Below are positions 19,679-29,505 of a stretch of 64,000 bases of DNA, one piece after another. The position numbers were made by a program, and so were the translations under genes. Origin of the DNA: Candidatus Versatilivorator sp. (GTDB lineage Bacteria; Acidobacteriota; Terriglobia; Versatilivoradales; Versatilivoraceae); the NCBI GenBank assembly GCA_965207735.1, contig OZ242296.1, positions 4,768,001 to 4,832,000 of the forward strand. Reading direction: 5' to 3'. A model generated the notes under the pieces. That model was not told the origin of the DNA. It was given only the letters and a program-made list of their open reading frames with translations, and did not search any database. The stretch's first letter is position 1; each line of letters starts with the position of its first letter.

Positions 19679-20407
19679 ATGACGCTCTCCAAACGGGCCA
19701 AGAGAAGGATCATCTGGGCAGCCGTGCTGATAGCCCTGCTGGCTCTCCGCGTGGGTTGGATGCTTTACGACCGCAGCCGCCCCGTCACTCCCAAGAAGAC
19801 GGCCTCCAAAAAAATTCAGCGGGATTATCTGGTCCGGCTTCCCCGGTTCTACATCTCGACGCTCGAGGGAGCCAAAGGGTTGGTGGGGAAGCCGATTTGG
19901 GTGAAGAAGGGATTTCAGTTGTCCTATTTCCCTGTTGGCAAGGGCGGGAAATCCAGGGCCGGAGGTGGGGCAGGGCGGCTTCTCGCCCTGGAAGAGCTGG
20001 TGGTGAGAGAGGTGGTGGAGCAGCCCTCCCCGGGCGGGTCGGGAGACAAGCAGGTCCTGGCCGTCTTCGAGAAGGAAGGGGCGGCCATGGGAACCGTCAT
20101 CGGTAGCTTTGACGGGAATCGGCAACTCTACCAGATGGTATTGGACCAGTTCTTCTATGCCAAGGACCCCCGAGAGCTTTACTCGCACTGGAGCGAGAAT
20201 ACCTGGAGACTCATTCGGGACCACGATTTGGCATTGGACATGACCTTTGCCCAGGTCGCACTCTCCATCGGAGACGGCAGGCTGGTTACCCAGGAAGCGG
20301 GAGACGTTCAGATCTATGAGTTCCGGCGCAAGCCGGGGGGAGCAGCCGGGCGTTTCCGGGTTCGCTTCAAGGGAGGACGGGTGGCGGAGTTCAAGGTGCT
20401 TGAGTAG
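19679..20407 (+). CDS. Hypothetical membrane-anchored protein
   Basis: Basic N-terminus plus one TM helix (IIWAAVLIALLALRVGWMLY); GAGGA SD. Confidence 0.7.
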   Translation: MTLSKRAKRRIIWAAVLIALLALRVGWMLYDRSRPVTPKKTASKKIQRDYLVRLPRFYISTLEGAKGLVGKPIWVKKGFQLSYFPVGKGGKSRAGGGAGRLLALEELVVREVVEQPSPGGSGDKQVLAVFEKEGAAMGTVIGSFDGNRQLYQMVLDQFFYAKDPRELYSHWSENTWRLIRDHDLALDMTFAQVALSIGDGRLVTQEAGDVQIYEFRRKPGGAAGRFRVRFKGGRVAEFKVLE

Positions 20408-20445
20408 CTCCGCCGCGTGCCCGCTACGGGTGAGGAGGAACCGCC

Positions 20446-21537
20446 ATCAACTTTCAACGATTTCTCGCCAACCCGCTCCTGAGAGTGTTGCTGCTGTTGA
20501 TGCTGCTATATGTGTTCTTTCTCAGTATTTCCCTGATGGGGGCATCCTTCAAGTTCTTCGGTCACGGATTTGCCGAGCGCCTGCTGGCCACCACCGCCAA
20601 TCCGTTTCTGGGTCTGTTTATCGGAATTCTGGCCACCAGCATGGTTCAGAGCTCCTCGACCGTTACCGCCATGACAGTGGGATTGGTAGCCGGGGGAGCC
20701 CTGGATGTTCAGGGGGCCATCCCCATCATCCTGGGTTCCAACGTGGGCACCAGTGTCACCAACACGCTGGTCTCGGTGGGCCATATCGCTCGACCTGACG
20801 AATTCAGGCGGGCCTTTGCGGCGGCTACGGTCCACGACTTCTTCAATCTCATCCTGGTGGTAGTCTTTTTCCCCTTGCAGTTGTTCACCAACGTGCTGGG
20901 GCGCGCTTCGTCCGTGCTGACCGAGGCACTCAGGGAGTCGGGAGGGCTGCAGCTGGTCAATCCGATCAAGGCCATCGTGGAGCCTGCCGTGCAGATCATC
21001 GGTCGGGGGACCTCGGAGTCCGGCGCCCTGATGCTGCTCGTCGCGGTGGGCCTCCTTTTCCTTTCTCTGCGTTACCTGGTGGTGGTCCTGAAATCCCTCG
21101 TCATCGGCAGGATCGAAAGTTTCTTCGACCAGGTCCTGTTCAAGACGGCCCTCAGAGCCCTGATCCTGGGTGTTCTGTTGACCGTAGCGGTTCAGAGTAG
21201 CTCGATCACCACATCCCTGGCGGTCCCGCTGGCGGGCGCCGGCATTCTGTCGCTGATGCAGATCTTTCCCTTTACGCTGGGCGCCAACATCGGAACCACC
21301 ATTACCGCCATGCTGGCCTCGCTGGTGACGGGCAACCCGGCGGCAGTGACGGTCGCCTTCGCGCACCTGCTGGTCAACCTGTTCGGGGTGGTGCTGGTCT
21401 GGCCGATCCGGCGAATTCCAATCACCATGGCCGAGATGATGGCGCAGTGGTCGCTCAAGTCCAGACTTGTCCCTCTGGTCTACGTGGCGACGACCTTCTT
21501 TCTGGTTCCCCTGGTGTTGATCTATTTCGCGGGATGA
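20446..21537 (+). CDS. Na+/phosphate cotransporter (NptA/PNaS family); start uncertain (ATC 20446 or GTG 20485)
   Basis: Two repeats QSSS....GSNVGTSVT and QSSS....GANIGTTIT; AAATVHDFFN. Confidence 0.88.
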   Translation: MNFQRFLANPLLRVLLLLMLLYVFFLSISLMGASFKFFGHGFAERLLATTANPFLGLFIGILATSMVQSSSTVTAMTVGLVAGGALDVQGAIPIILGSNVGTSVTNTLVSVGHIARPDEFRRAFAAATVHDFFNLILVVVFFPLQLFTNVLGRASSVLTEALRESGGLQLVNPIKAIVEPAVQIIGRGTSESGALMLLVAVGLLFLSLRYLVVVLKSLVIGRIESFFDQVLFKTALRALILGVLLTVAVQSSSITTSLAVPLAGAGILSLMQIFPFTLGANIGTTITAMLASLVTGNPAAVTVAFAHLLVNLFGVVLVWPIRRIPITMAEMMAQWSLKSRLVPLVYVATTFFLVPLVLIYFAG

Positions 21538-22985
21538 GTCGCCCTCCGGGTGCCCAGCAGACAGCAGCCGAAATTCACCAGCAGGCCGATGACCCCGGCA
21601 TGGAATCCCCACAGGCGGGGATACCCCAGCCAGGTCAGTCCCAGTCCCACCAGCAGTCCCGCCACCATGCCCGTCAGCACGGTCTGACCCCGGAGCCGTT
21701 TCCAGTAGAGGCCCAGGAAAAAGCAGGGAGCGATCTGGATGAGCACCTCGAATTTGAGCTCAAGGAGGCGGATCAGCGTTTTCTCGGTCCCGATGGCGAT
21801 GATCACCAGCAGGGCGACGATGATCCAGGAGCACCACTTGCCGACGGAGGTCAACTCGGCCTGGCTGCTTTGGGGACGGAAGTAGACCTGGTAGATGTCC
21901 TTGGTGACCATGGAGGAGATGGAGAGCAAGGCCGAGTCGGCCGTCGACATCAGAGCCGCCAGGGCGGCCGCGAAGATGAGGACCACCAGCCAATACCCCT
22001 GAATCGACTGGCTCATGATGAGACCGCAGAGGCGGGCCAGCACCTGATCGGTTTCTCCGGGGGCCAGGTCGGGAAGCACCACGCTTCCAGTCACGCCGCA
22101 GATCATGGCGATCAGCGCGGTGGTGAAAGGCATGATGGTCATTAGAGCCAGAGACCGTTTGAGCACCCGGGTGGATCGACTGGCGTAGAGGCGTTGGATA
22201 GCCTGGGGGTAGATGGCCGCCCCGAATCCGAACAGGAACACGTAGCTGAGCCAGTTCATGCATCCCTCCAGGGTAGGCACCTGAACCTTGGCGGGATCGG
22301 CGTGGGTGAGCTGCTCCACCACTGCCGGCAGGCCGCCGGCCAGACTGGGCACCATGAAGAGAAGCATCGTGAAACCCAACAGCAGCAGGATGCCCTGGAT
22401 CATGTCGGTCCAGGCCACACTGCGCATGCCTCCCAGGGTCTCATAGACCACCATGATGATCGCCAGGGTGACGATGCCGTAGGCCGAGGGCACGGCTCCG
22501 TCCGTAAGGCCCTCGACTGCGGCTCCCATGGCTCTCAGTTGGGCCAGGGTATAGTTGGCCAGGGCGTAGATCATCAACAGGGTGCTGAGCAGGGTGAGTG
22601 GGGGCGAGCCGAAGCGGTGGGCGATGTAATCTCCGGGGGTGATGAACTTCTTCTTGTGGGATAGGGCCACCAGCCGCGGCGCAAACAGCAGGTATCCGGC
22701 GATCACCGAGAACATGAACAGGATGGAGGCGGTCCAGCTGAATCCGATCCGGTAAGAGATCCCGGTGTAGCCGAAGAGGGTATTGCCGCTGTATTGAGTG
22801 GCGTACAGAGTGAGGAAGAGGGCCAGAAAGCCGAGGGACCGCCCAGCCAGGTAGAAGTCCGACAGGCTGTGGCCCCGGCTTCGGCGCCGGGCCAGCCAGC
22901 CGACGCCGATGGTGGAAAACAGGTAGAGGGCGATGACCGTCAAGGCCCCCCAACCGAGCGTCAACTGGCTTTCACCGGTCCCCAT
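21522..22985 (-). CDS. Sodium:solute symporter family protein
   Basis: DFYLAGRSLG, ATQYSGNT, GGMRSVAWTDMIQG and AALMSTADS motifs. Confidence 0.9.
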   Translation of the reverse strand: MGTGESQLTLGWGALTVIALYLFSTIGVGWLARRRSRGHSLSDFYLAGRSLGFLALFLTLYATQYSGNTLFGYTGISYRIGFSWTASILFMFSVIAGYLLFAPRLVALSHKKKFITPGDYIAHRFGSPPLTLLSTLLMIYALANYTLAQLRAMGAAVEGLTDGAVPSAYGIVTLAIIMVVYETLGGMRSVAWTDMIQGILLLLGFTMLLFMVPSLAGGLPAVVEQLTHADPAKVQVPTLEGCMNWLSYVFLFGFGAAIYPQAIQRLYASRSTRVLKRSLALMTIMPFTTALIAMICGVTGSVVLPDLAPGETDQVLARLCGLIMSQSIQGYWLVVLIFAAALAALMSTADSALLSISSMVTKDIYQVYFRPQSSQAELTSVGKWCSWIIVALLVIIAIGTEKTLIRLLELKFEVLIQIAPCFFLGLYWKRLRGQTVLTGMVAGLLVGLGLTWLGYPRLWGFHAGVIGLLVNFGCCLLGTRRATHPAK

Positions 22986-23244
22986 GGGAGTCTTCTTCCC
23001 CGACGGTTTTCCAGTAGCGAAAGATCACCCAGGTGGTCCATCCCGCCAACAACAACACTGCAAGCAGCGAGACCACCATCCAGAGAGGCAGCCCCAGAAT
23101 CAGCGGGCCGCGGTATCCGGCCGGCCAGTACCAGGGAACGGCGACGGCGTAAAGGAGCAGATAGACCAGCCACAGCCAGGGATGGCGTCGGGGTTCCCGG
23201 ATCAGCTCGTCGGAGCCCTGGTCGTGATCTTCACCTGAATGCAT
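22972..23244 (-). CDS. Small 2-TM membrane protein, probable SSS partner (DUF3311/DUF997-like)
   Basis: WLWLVYLLLYAVAVPWYWP...ILGLPLWMVVSL; overlaps the symporter start; own start uncertain. Confidence 0.65.
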   Translation of the reverse strand: MHSGEDHDQGSDELIREPRRHPWLWLVYLLLYAVAVPWYWPAGYRGPLILGLPLWMVVSLLAVLLLAGWTTWVIFRYWKTVGEEDSHGDR

Positions 23245-23314
23245 GGAATGGGTTTCGTGTGAGAAGTCTCGGCCGAATTGTCTTAGAGGAAGGGCATCAT
23301 ACCATCTTTCTGAC

Positions 23315-24283
23315 TCAGTGAAAATTCGCCGGCAGCTCCCGGGATCGGATGGCGTCGAGCAGTTCCCTGCCGCTGTGAAACCGACGGGTGGCCCGTTTCT
23401 CCTGCAGCCGCTGCCGGAGCTTCCGCAGTGGTCGCAGGTAGGGATGGGAAGAGGCGAAGTGCCGCAAGAGCGAGTGCCCGCGGACAATCTCCAGGATACG
23501 CTCGCAGTTTCCGGGAATTTCCGTTCCGACAGACCCGACACCCTCCTTTTCAAAGACGGCCGTGATGTTGCCGCCGTCGGGGGACAGATCGGTTCGGTGG
23601 TGGCGAAAGCCGGCTTTTCCCCCCAACTGCCGCAGGCTGGCCGGATTGAAGCTGTAGAGGTGGGCTGGATGGAAGCGATGTCCCGGTGACTGGCAGGTGG
23701 CCTCCAGGTTGGGGACCTCGATCACCAGCCGACCCCGGGGCTCAAGCCATTCCCGGACATGCGCCAACACCTCCGATGGAGAGGCCATGTGCTCCAGGGC
23801 ATGAAAGATCGTCACCATGTGGCAACTCTCCGAGGGAAGCCGGACCTCGCGTGCGAAACCGAGGTGGACCGGGATTTCCAGTTCCTCCTGCGAGTAGCGG
23901 GCGTAGCCCTCGTGGGGCTGAACCCCTTGGGCATCGAAGTCGAGACGGCGCATGAGATAAACGAACTCGCCTCCTCCCGAGCCTACGTCGACGATCGCCG
24001 AGCCCGGTTTCAGCAGTCCCTGCAGTTGTCGAATGCGGTGGACGGCGACTTTGCCGGCCCGGTAGACGTGTTCCAGTGTCGGACGGGAGATCCCCTTGTA
24101 CTGGAGCCGGTACTCCTCGGAGTAGAATTTTCTCAGCGTCTGCTCGCTGGGAACGGGGTCGCTCCAGACCAGACCGCATTTCCGGCAGATGACGGTTCGC
24201 AGGGGCTTCCCGTGCCGGTCCAGACTGGCGAGGTCTTCCGCCTCTCGGGCGCCGCACAGATCACAGGGGGATCGGGGGATCAT
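23315..24283 (-). CDS. Class I SAM-dependent methyltransferase with N-terminal Zn-finger-like CxxC pair
   Basis: CDLCG...CRKCG; VDVGSGGG; FHALEH; IEVPN. Confidence 0.85.
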   Translation of the reverse strand: MIPRSPCDLCGAREAEDLASLDRHGKPLRTVICRKCGLVWSDPVPSEQTLRKFYSEEYRLQYKGISRPTLEHVYRAGKVAVHRIRQLQGLLKPGSAIVDVGSGGGEFVYLMRRLDFDAQGVQPHEGYARYSQEELEIPVHLGFAREVRLPSESCHMVTIFHALEHMASPSEVLAHVREWLEPRGRLVIEVPNLEATCQSPGHRFHPAHLYSFNPASLRQLGGKAGFRHHRTDLSPDGGNITAVFEKEGVGSVGTEIPGNCERILEIVRGHSLLRHFASSHPYLRPLRKLRQRLQEKRATRRFHSGRELLDAIRSRELPANFH

Positions 24284-24328
24284 GGCAGGAGGGATGGATC
24301 GGCTCCGGTGCGTCGCCGCCCGGCACGG

Positions 24329-25153
24329 TCAGCCTCCGCTTGGCGCCGGCGTTCCGGGGTGGAGTCGGCGAAGGTAACGGAGGCTGCGGGGGGCCGCCTC
24401 CTCCAGGCTGGCCCCGCGGTAGACTTTCACGGAAGCGAAGCGGTCGTAGCCGATGCGGTCAAGAGCTCTCAGCACGGCCGCGAAGTCCAGATGTCCCGTC
24501 CCCAGCAGGGATCCGTTGCTTTCGCAGAGGTGGACGTGGCGAAGGGAGGATCCGCATGCCAGGATGGGATCTACCAGAGAGCGCTCCTCCACGTTCATGT
24601 GGATCGTATCCACCATGGGCTTGAGGGCCGGAGACCCCACCTCGGCGATGAGCCGGCGGACTTCGGCCACGCTGTTGTTGAAGCCCACCTGCAAGTGATT
24701 GACCGGTTCCACCACCACGTCCACCCCTTGGGCCTCGGCCTGAGCGGCGACCTGCCCGAGGCCGTCCCGGATTCTTGCCTGGGCGGCCTCAACTTCGGGC
24801 TCATCGCTCAAGAGTCCTTGTAGCAGGCCGACCACCAGGATGGCCTTGAATCGCCGGGCGACCTCCAGGAAGCCCACCAGGCGGTCGACCGTTTGCCGTC
24901 GGATGGACGGATCGGGCGAGCTCAGGCAGAGCCCTTGCCCGTAGGCCTCGCCGGTCAGAAAAGAGGGGATCGTCAGATCCAGGTCGTCCAGCAATTGCTC
25001 CAGGCGGTCCAGGTCGGGAGCCAGTGAATCGGTCAGATTCACTTCAACCCCGGCGTAACCGCACTCCTTCAGCAATGTCAGGGTCTCACGGATCCGCTGA
25101 TGGGATCCGAGGGACTCCAGGGGCGGGATGATGATGTAGCTGTAGCGGAACAT
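24329..25153 (-). CDS. Sugar phosphate isomerase/epimerase (xylose-isomerase-like TIM barrel)
   Basis: GYAGVE, VEPVN, DTIHMN, HVHLCESN, GTGHLDF and IGY motifs. Confidence 0.85.
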   Translation of the reverse strand: MFRYSYIIIPPLESLGSHQRIRETLTLLKECGYAGVEVNLTDSLAPDLDRLEQLLDDLDLTIPSFLTGEAYGQGLCLSSPDPSIRRQTVDRLVGFLEVARRFKAILVVGLLQGLLSDEPEVEAAQARIRDGLGQVAAQAEAQGVDVVVEPVNHLQVGFNNSVAEVRRLIAEVGSPALKPMVDTIHMNVEERSLVDPILACGSSLRHVHLCESNGSLLGTGHLDFAAVLRALDRIGYDRFASVKVYRGASLEEAAPRSLRYLRRLHPGTPAPSGG

Positions 25154-25293
25154 GGGCTTGCTTTTCGGTTATCTTGACGGCAAGCGAGACGGCGGCATCA
25201 ACTCGAATCGGGAGGCTAAACTATCACAGCCCATGACCGGTTCCAATCGGAACTGCAGTTCCACCGCCCTTGCCTTGAAACATACGAAAAAAG

Positions 25294-25413
25294 ACAAAAG
25301 AAAAAGAGTGATCCACGAAGGGCCACGAAGAACGACGAAGGGCCACTAAGGCATTGAGGTGAACCGTTACGGGATACCAAGCTCGCAAAGGATTGGTCGA
25401 TTTCCGATTGTTT
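25294..25413 (-). repeat. About 120-bp dispersed element with 10-bp periodic end (family D), copy 1
   Basis: Reverse complement aligns end-to-end with 61564-61684; contains atccacgaag ggccacgaag aacgacgaag ggccactaag. Confidence 0.85.
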
Positions 25414-25494
25414 GACTCTTGAGCCATTTGCAAAATTCTTCGGTAAGCGGAATTGATTACCGGGAAGGGTTGTGATCCCCGGGAGGTGGCGTCT

Positions 25495-25619
25495 GCCCCC
25501 CTCTGGATCGACGGCGGGCGGAGCACTCTCGGGACGCCGCGTTGGCCCCCCTCCGGATCAGCCTTCGCCATTCGGCTCGGCTTCTCCGACTCCCCCTCAA
25601 GGGGGGAGTGATACTTGAG
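25495..25619. repeat. REP-like element family B, copy 2
   Basis: ccgactccccctcaaggggggagtgatacttgag is identical to 7199-7232; preceded by atcagccttcgcc similar to the 7 kb copy. Confidence 0.8.
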
Positions 25620-25689
25620 CGCTGAACCAGGCTCCTTGCCTGATTCCGGGGCATGATGTAAATGATGTTCCCGGTTTAGGGTGTGGAGG

Positions 25690-25917
25690 ATGCCCCCCCG
25701 GGAGCGCGGGCGTCCCGCCCGCACCATGTCGGGCACAGCCTTGGCCATCTCCGCCACTCGGATCGACCCGGAACTGCGCCCTGGGTCTGCTTCGGTTTGA
25801 CCGTTGAGGTTGCCGCCGACAGGCCGGCACCCTTCAGCACCGGACGAAGGCTCAGCGCCAGCCAAAGGAATGGGGCATAAGGATGCGGGCGGGACGCCCG
25901 CGCTCCCGGGGGGGCAT
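25690..25917. mobile_element. REPIN/MITE-like element bounded by 34-bp perfect inverted repeats (family C)
   Basis: atgcccccccgggagcgcgggcgtcccgcccgca (25690-25723) and its exact reverse complement (25884-25917) enclose 160 bp; mobility is inferred. Confidence 0.7.
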
Positions 25918-25999
25918 TCTCCCCTGACGCCGTGACACCTACGTCACAATATCGCAGAAGCACCCGGGCGCCGCTCGTCATTGACCGAGCTCCATCCCT

Positions 26000-26097
26000 A
26001 TTCGTCCCCATTCGTGTTCATTGGTGATTCGTCTTCATTGCCAAAACCAAAACGGCTGGTTGTTTATCCTGTTAATCTTGTGCATCCATGTTCAATC
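26000..26097. repeat. Degenerate 10-bp and 9-bp periodic repeats
   Basis: attcgtcccc attcgtgttc attggtg (26000-26026); atcctgtta atcttgtgc atccatgttc (26066-26093). Confidence 0.5.
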
Positions 26098-26435
26098 AGT
26101 AGAAAACCGGTTTTGCACGACAGGACCCTTGTTCCCGACAGGCCATGAAGATGCGTTGTTTTACTCTCGTATGATTCGCACGGCAGGGCGGGGGGCCGGC
26201 TAACCGGGGACGACCGAACAGACAAGCCCGGGGCTGCCCGGGGCCGCTTGCCTGGCCGGATGGCTTGTGCTAGCTTTACTCGTTTTTGGCGACGGCGGCG
26301 TTTGCAACAGTCAGGCCGCCGCTAATGCCGGGTTTCTCCCCGGGGGTGCGGTTTCCCTTTTATACGACGGGTTCCCGCCCAAATCACCCCATTTGGTTGA
26401 AGCGCCCCCATTCGAGCCTGCCCAAGGAAACGCCC

Positions 26436-27695
26436 ATGATCAAGGCCATCAAGGGGACTCGGGACATACTGCCGCAGGAATCGGTGGTATGGAATCGGGT
26501 GGAGGAGACCGCCCGGGAGATCCTCTCCGTCTATGGGTTTTCCGAGATCCGCACCCCGGTCTTCGAGAGCACCGAGCTGTTTGCGCGGGGGGTGGGAGCA
26601 GACACCGATATTGTTGCCAAGGAGATGTACACTTTCGACGATCGTGACAGCCGCTCGCTCACGCTTCGTCCGGAGGGGACGGCGTCAGTGGTTCGGGCCT
26701 ATCTGGAGCACCAGTTCCATCGGGACCCGCAGATCTGGAAGGTCTATTACCTGGGGCCCATGTTCCGCCGGGAACGACCTCAGAAGGGGCGCTTCCGGCA
26801 GTTTCACCAGTTGGGCGCCGAGGTGCTGGGCTCGGATCATCCAGCCATCGAAGCGGAAGTGATCGAGCTGCTGCAACTGTTCCTGGATCGGATCGGCGTG
26901 GGCGAGACCGAACTGCTGGTGAACTCCATTGGCTGCGGCCGCTGCCGCCCCGGATTTCTGCAGAAACTGCAAGTTGCGCTGAGTGAAATAGAGGACCGGC
27001 TCTGCCAGGACTGCCGCCGGCGCTGCCGGTCCAATCCACTTCGGGTGCTGGACTGCAAGCGCGAGGCCTGCCAGCCTGTAATCGAGAAGCTTCCCTCGAT
27101 CCTGGAGTTTCTGGATGAGCCCTGCCGCCGGCACTTCGATCGCTTCCTGGGTTATCTCGAGCGCCGCGATATCGGGTTCAGGATTGTGCCGCGCCTGGTG
27201 CGGGGGCTGGACTACTACACCCGCACCACCTTTGAGATCACCAGTCGCGGGCTGGGCGCCCAGAATGCCCTGGTGGGCGGGGGGCGCTATGACGGGTTGG
27301 CCGAGGTTCTGGGGGGGCAGCCTACCCACGGTTTCGGCTTTGCTTTGGGTCTGGAGCGTGTCATTCTCCTGAGCCGGCATGGGGATAGCCCTTCGTCAGC
27401 GGGGCAGCCCCAGCTCTTTATCGCCCCGTTGGGCGAGCCGGCATTGGACAGGGCGTCGCTTATGGCTCGGGAGTTTCGACGCCAGGGCATTCACTGCTTT
27501 ATGGACTTCGCCCCCCGCAGCCTCAAGAGCTCCCTGCGCCTGGCCAACAAGCTCCAGGCCGGCCATGTCCTGATCGTGGGGGAGAACGAGTTGAAGACCG
27601 GGGAATTCCCGCTCAAGCGCATGAGGGACGGGCGGCAGATCCTGGTCAGTGAAGCGGAAGTGGTTTCCAGGCTTGGGAACGGCTGGGAAGACTAG
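26436..27695 (+). CDS. hisS: Histidine--tRNA ligase
   Basis: KGTRD, LRPEGTA, FRRERPQKGRFRQF, RGLDYY, GGRYDGL; AAGGA SD. Confidence 0.97.
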   Translation: MIKAIKGTRDILPQESVVWNRVEETAREILSVYGFSEIRTPVFESTELFARGVGADTDIVAKEMYTFDDRDSRSLTLRPEGTASVVRAYLEHQFHRDPQIWKVYYLGPMFRRERPQKGRFRQFHQLGAEVLGSDHPAIEAEVIELLQLFLDRIGVGETELLVNSIGCGRCRPGFLQKLQVALSEIEDRLCQDCRRRCRSNPLRVLDCKREACQPVIEKLPSILEFLDEPCRRHFDRFLGYLERRDIGFRIVPRLVRGLDYYTRTTFEITSRGLGAQNALVGGGRYDGLAEVLGGQPTHGFGFALGLERVILLSRHGDSPSSAGQPQLFIAPLGEPALDRASLMAREFRRQGIHCFMDFAPRSLKSSLRLANKLQAGHVLIVGENELKTGEFPLKRMRDGRQILVSEAEVVSRLGNGWED

Positions 27696-27710
27696 GGGAG
27701 GAGAACGGCT

Positions 27711-29501
27711 TTGGCATTGGACTCGTTGGAGAGAGTGGAACGCACCCATCACTGTGGACAGCTGCGCCCGAGCGACGGCGGTCAGGAAGTGGTGCTGATG
27801 GGGTGGGTGGCCAGGCGCCGCGACCTGGGACATCTCATTTTTATCGATCTGCGGGACCGGGAAGGGTTGACCCAGGTGCTCTTCAATCCCGACCAGTCCC
27901 CGGAAACTCACGAGAAGGCCAAGGGTTTGCGCTCGGAATACGTGATCATGGTCCGAGGCAGGGTACTGCAGCGAGATCCGGAAACGGTGAATCCGGCCAT
28001 CGGCACCGGCGAGATTGAAGTCCTGGCCTCTTCGCTGCTTCTCTTGAACGAGTCCAAGACACCCCCGTTTCCCATTGAAGACGATATTGCCACCTCCGAG
28101 GACCTGCGGCTCAAGTATCGCTACCTGGACCTGCGACGCCCCCGCCTCAGCCACAATTTCAAATTGCGGCATCAGGCCACCATGGCCGTCCGCCGCTTCC
28201 TGGACGGCCATGGTTTCTATGAGATCGAAACTCCTTTTTTGACCAAGTCGACGCCGGAAGGGGCTCGCGACTACCTGGTTCCCTCCAGGCTCCATGCCGG
28301 GGGCTTTTACGCCCTGCCTCAATCGCCCCAACTCTTCAAGCAGCTGCTGATGGTTGGAGGTATGGACAAGTACTTCCAGATCGTGCGCTGTTTCAGGGAC
28401 GAAGACCTGCGAGCCGACCGGCAACCGGAGTTCACCCAGATCGATATCGAGATGTCGTTCGCCCATCCGGAGACCGTTTTCCGGGTGGTGGAACCGATGA
28501 TGGCGGAGATTTTCAAGTTGACGGGTCATCGCATCCAAACGCCCTTCCCCCGTATTCCCTATGAGGAGGCCATCGCACGCTACGGCACCGACAAGCCCGA
28601 CACCCGCTTCGGGCTGGAGTTGGTCGATTTCAGCCAGTGCCTGGGCCAGACGGAGTTTCCGCCCTTTCGGAACGCCCTCGAGGATGGCGGTCAGGTCAAG
28701 GGAATCCGGGTTCCAGGGTGCTCCGGATACTCCCGGAAGCAGTTGGACGACCTTACGGCCGTGGCTCGAGTCTTCGGCGCTCACACGCTGGCCTATCTCA
28801 AGGTTCTGGACGCCGGCGTCCAGTCTCCCCTCCTGAAGCACCTGGGAGAGTCGGGTTGCCGCGGCCTGGCACAGCAGTCCGGGGCGGAGTCCGGGGATCT
28901 GATTCTGCTGGTTTCGGGCAGCCGGAAGGTGGTCGCGGACTCCCTCAGCGCCGTCCGCCTCCAATTGGCCAGGCAGGAGAGCCTCATCGACCTGAAAGCC
29001 AACCACTTCCTCTGGGTGACCCAATTCCCCATGTTCGAGTACGACGAGACCGAGAAGCGGCACGTCGCTTGCCACCACCCCTTCACCTCTCCCATGGAGG
29101 AAGATATCCCCAGGCTGGAATCCGACCCTGGGTCGGTACGGGCCAGAGCCTATGATCTGGTGCTCAATGGGGTGGAAATAGGAGGAGGCTCGATTCGTAT
29201 TCATCGCCAGAACCTCCAAGCCAAGGTATTTCGAGCCCTGGCCCTGGACGAAGAGGAGGCGCGGCTGCGTTTTGGATTCTTCCTGGAGGCATTGGAATAC
29301 GGTGTGCCGCCTCATGGGGGGATTGCCCTTGGGCTGGACCGAATCGTGATGTTGCTGACGGGTGACAGTTCCATTCGGGATGTCATTGCTTTTCCCAAAA
29401 CGGCCCGAGCGGTCGACCTGATGGCCGATTGTCCGACTCTGGTGGATCGGAAGCAGTTGGACGAGTTGGGGATTCGCCTGGCGGACAAGAGCTTGAATTG
29501 A
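27711..29501 (+). CDS. aspS: Aspartate--tRNA ligase
   Basis: [47 protein letters not shown] and [12 protein letters not shown] motifs. Confidence 0.97.
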   Translation: MALDSLERVERTHHCGQLRPSDGGQEVVLMGWVARRRDLGHLIFIDLRDREGLTQVLFNPDQSPETHEKAKGLRSEYVIMVRGRVLQRDPETVNPAIGTGEIEVLASSLLLLNESKTPPFPIEDDIATSEDLRLKYRYLDLRRPRLSHNFKLRHQATMAVRRFLDGHGFYEIETPFLTKSTPEGARDYLVPSRLHAGGFYALPQSPQLFKQLLMVGGMDKYFQIVRCFRDEDLRADRQPEFTQIDIEMSFAHPETVFRVVEPMMAEIFKLTGHRIQTPFPRIPYEEAIARYGTDKPDTRFGLELVDFSQCLGQTEFPPFRNALEDGGQVKGIRVPGCSGYSRKQLDDLTAVARVFGAHTLAYLKVLDAGVQSPLLKHLGESGCRGLAQQSGAESGDLILLVSGSRKVVADSLSAVRLQLARQESLIDLKANHFLWVTQFPMFEYDETEKRHVACHHPFTSPMEEDIPRLESDPGSVRARAYDLVLNGVEIGGGSIRIHRQNLQAKVFRALALDEEEARLRFGFFLEALEYGVPPHGGIALGLDRIVMLLTGDSSIRDVIAFPKTARAVDLMADCPTLVDRKQLDELGIRLADKSLN

Positions 29502-29505
29502 CGTC

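Noticed and set aside
25224-25865. 213-aa ORF in the repeat hotspot
   Set aside because: Made of concatenated repeat elements; no protein-like signal
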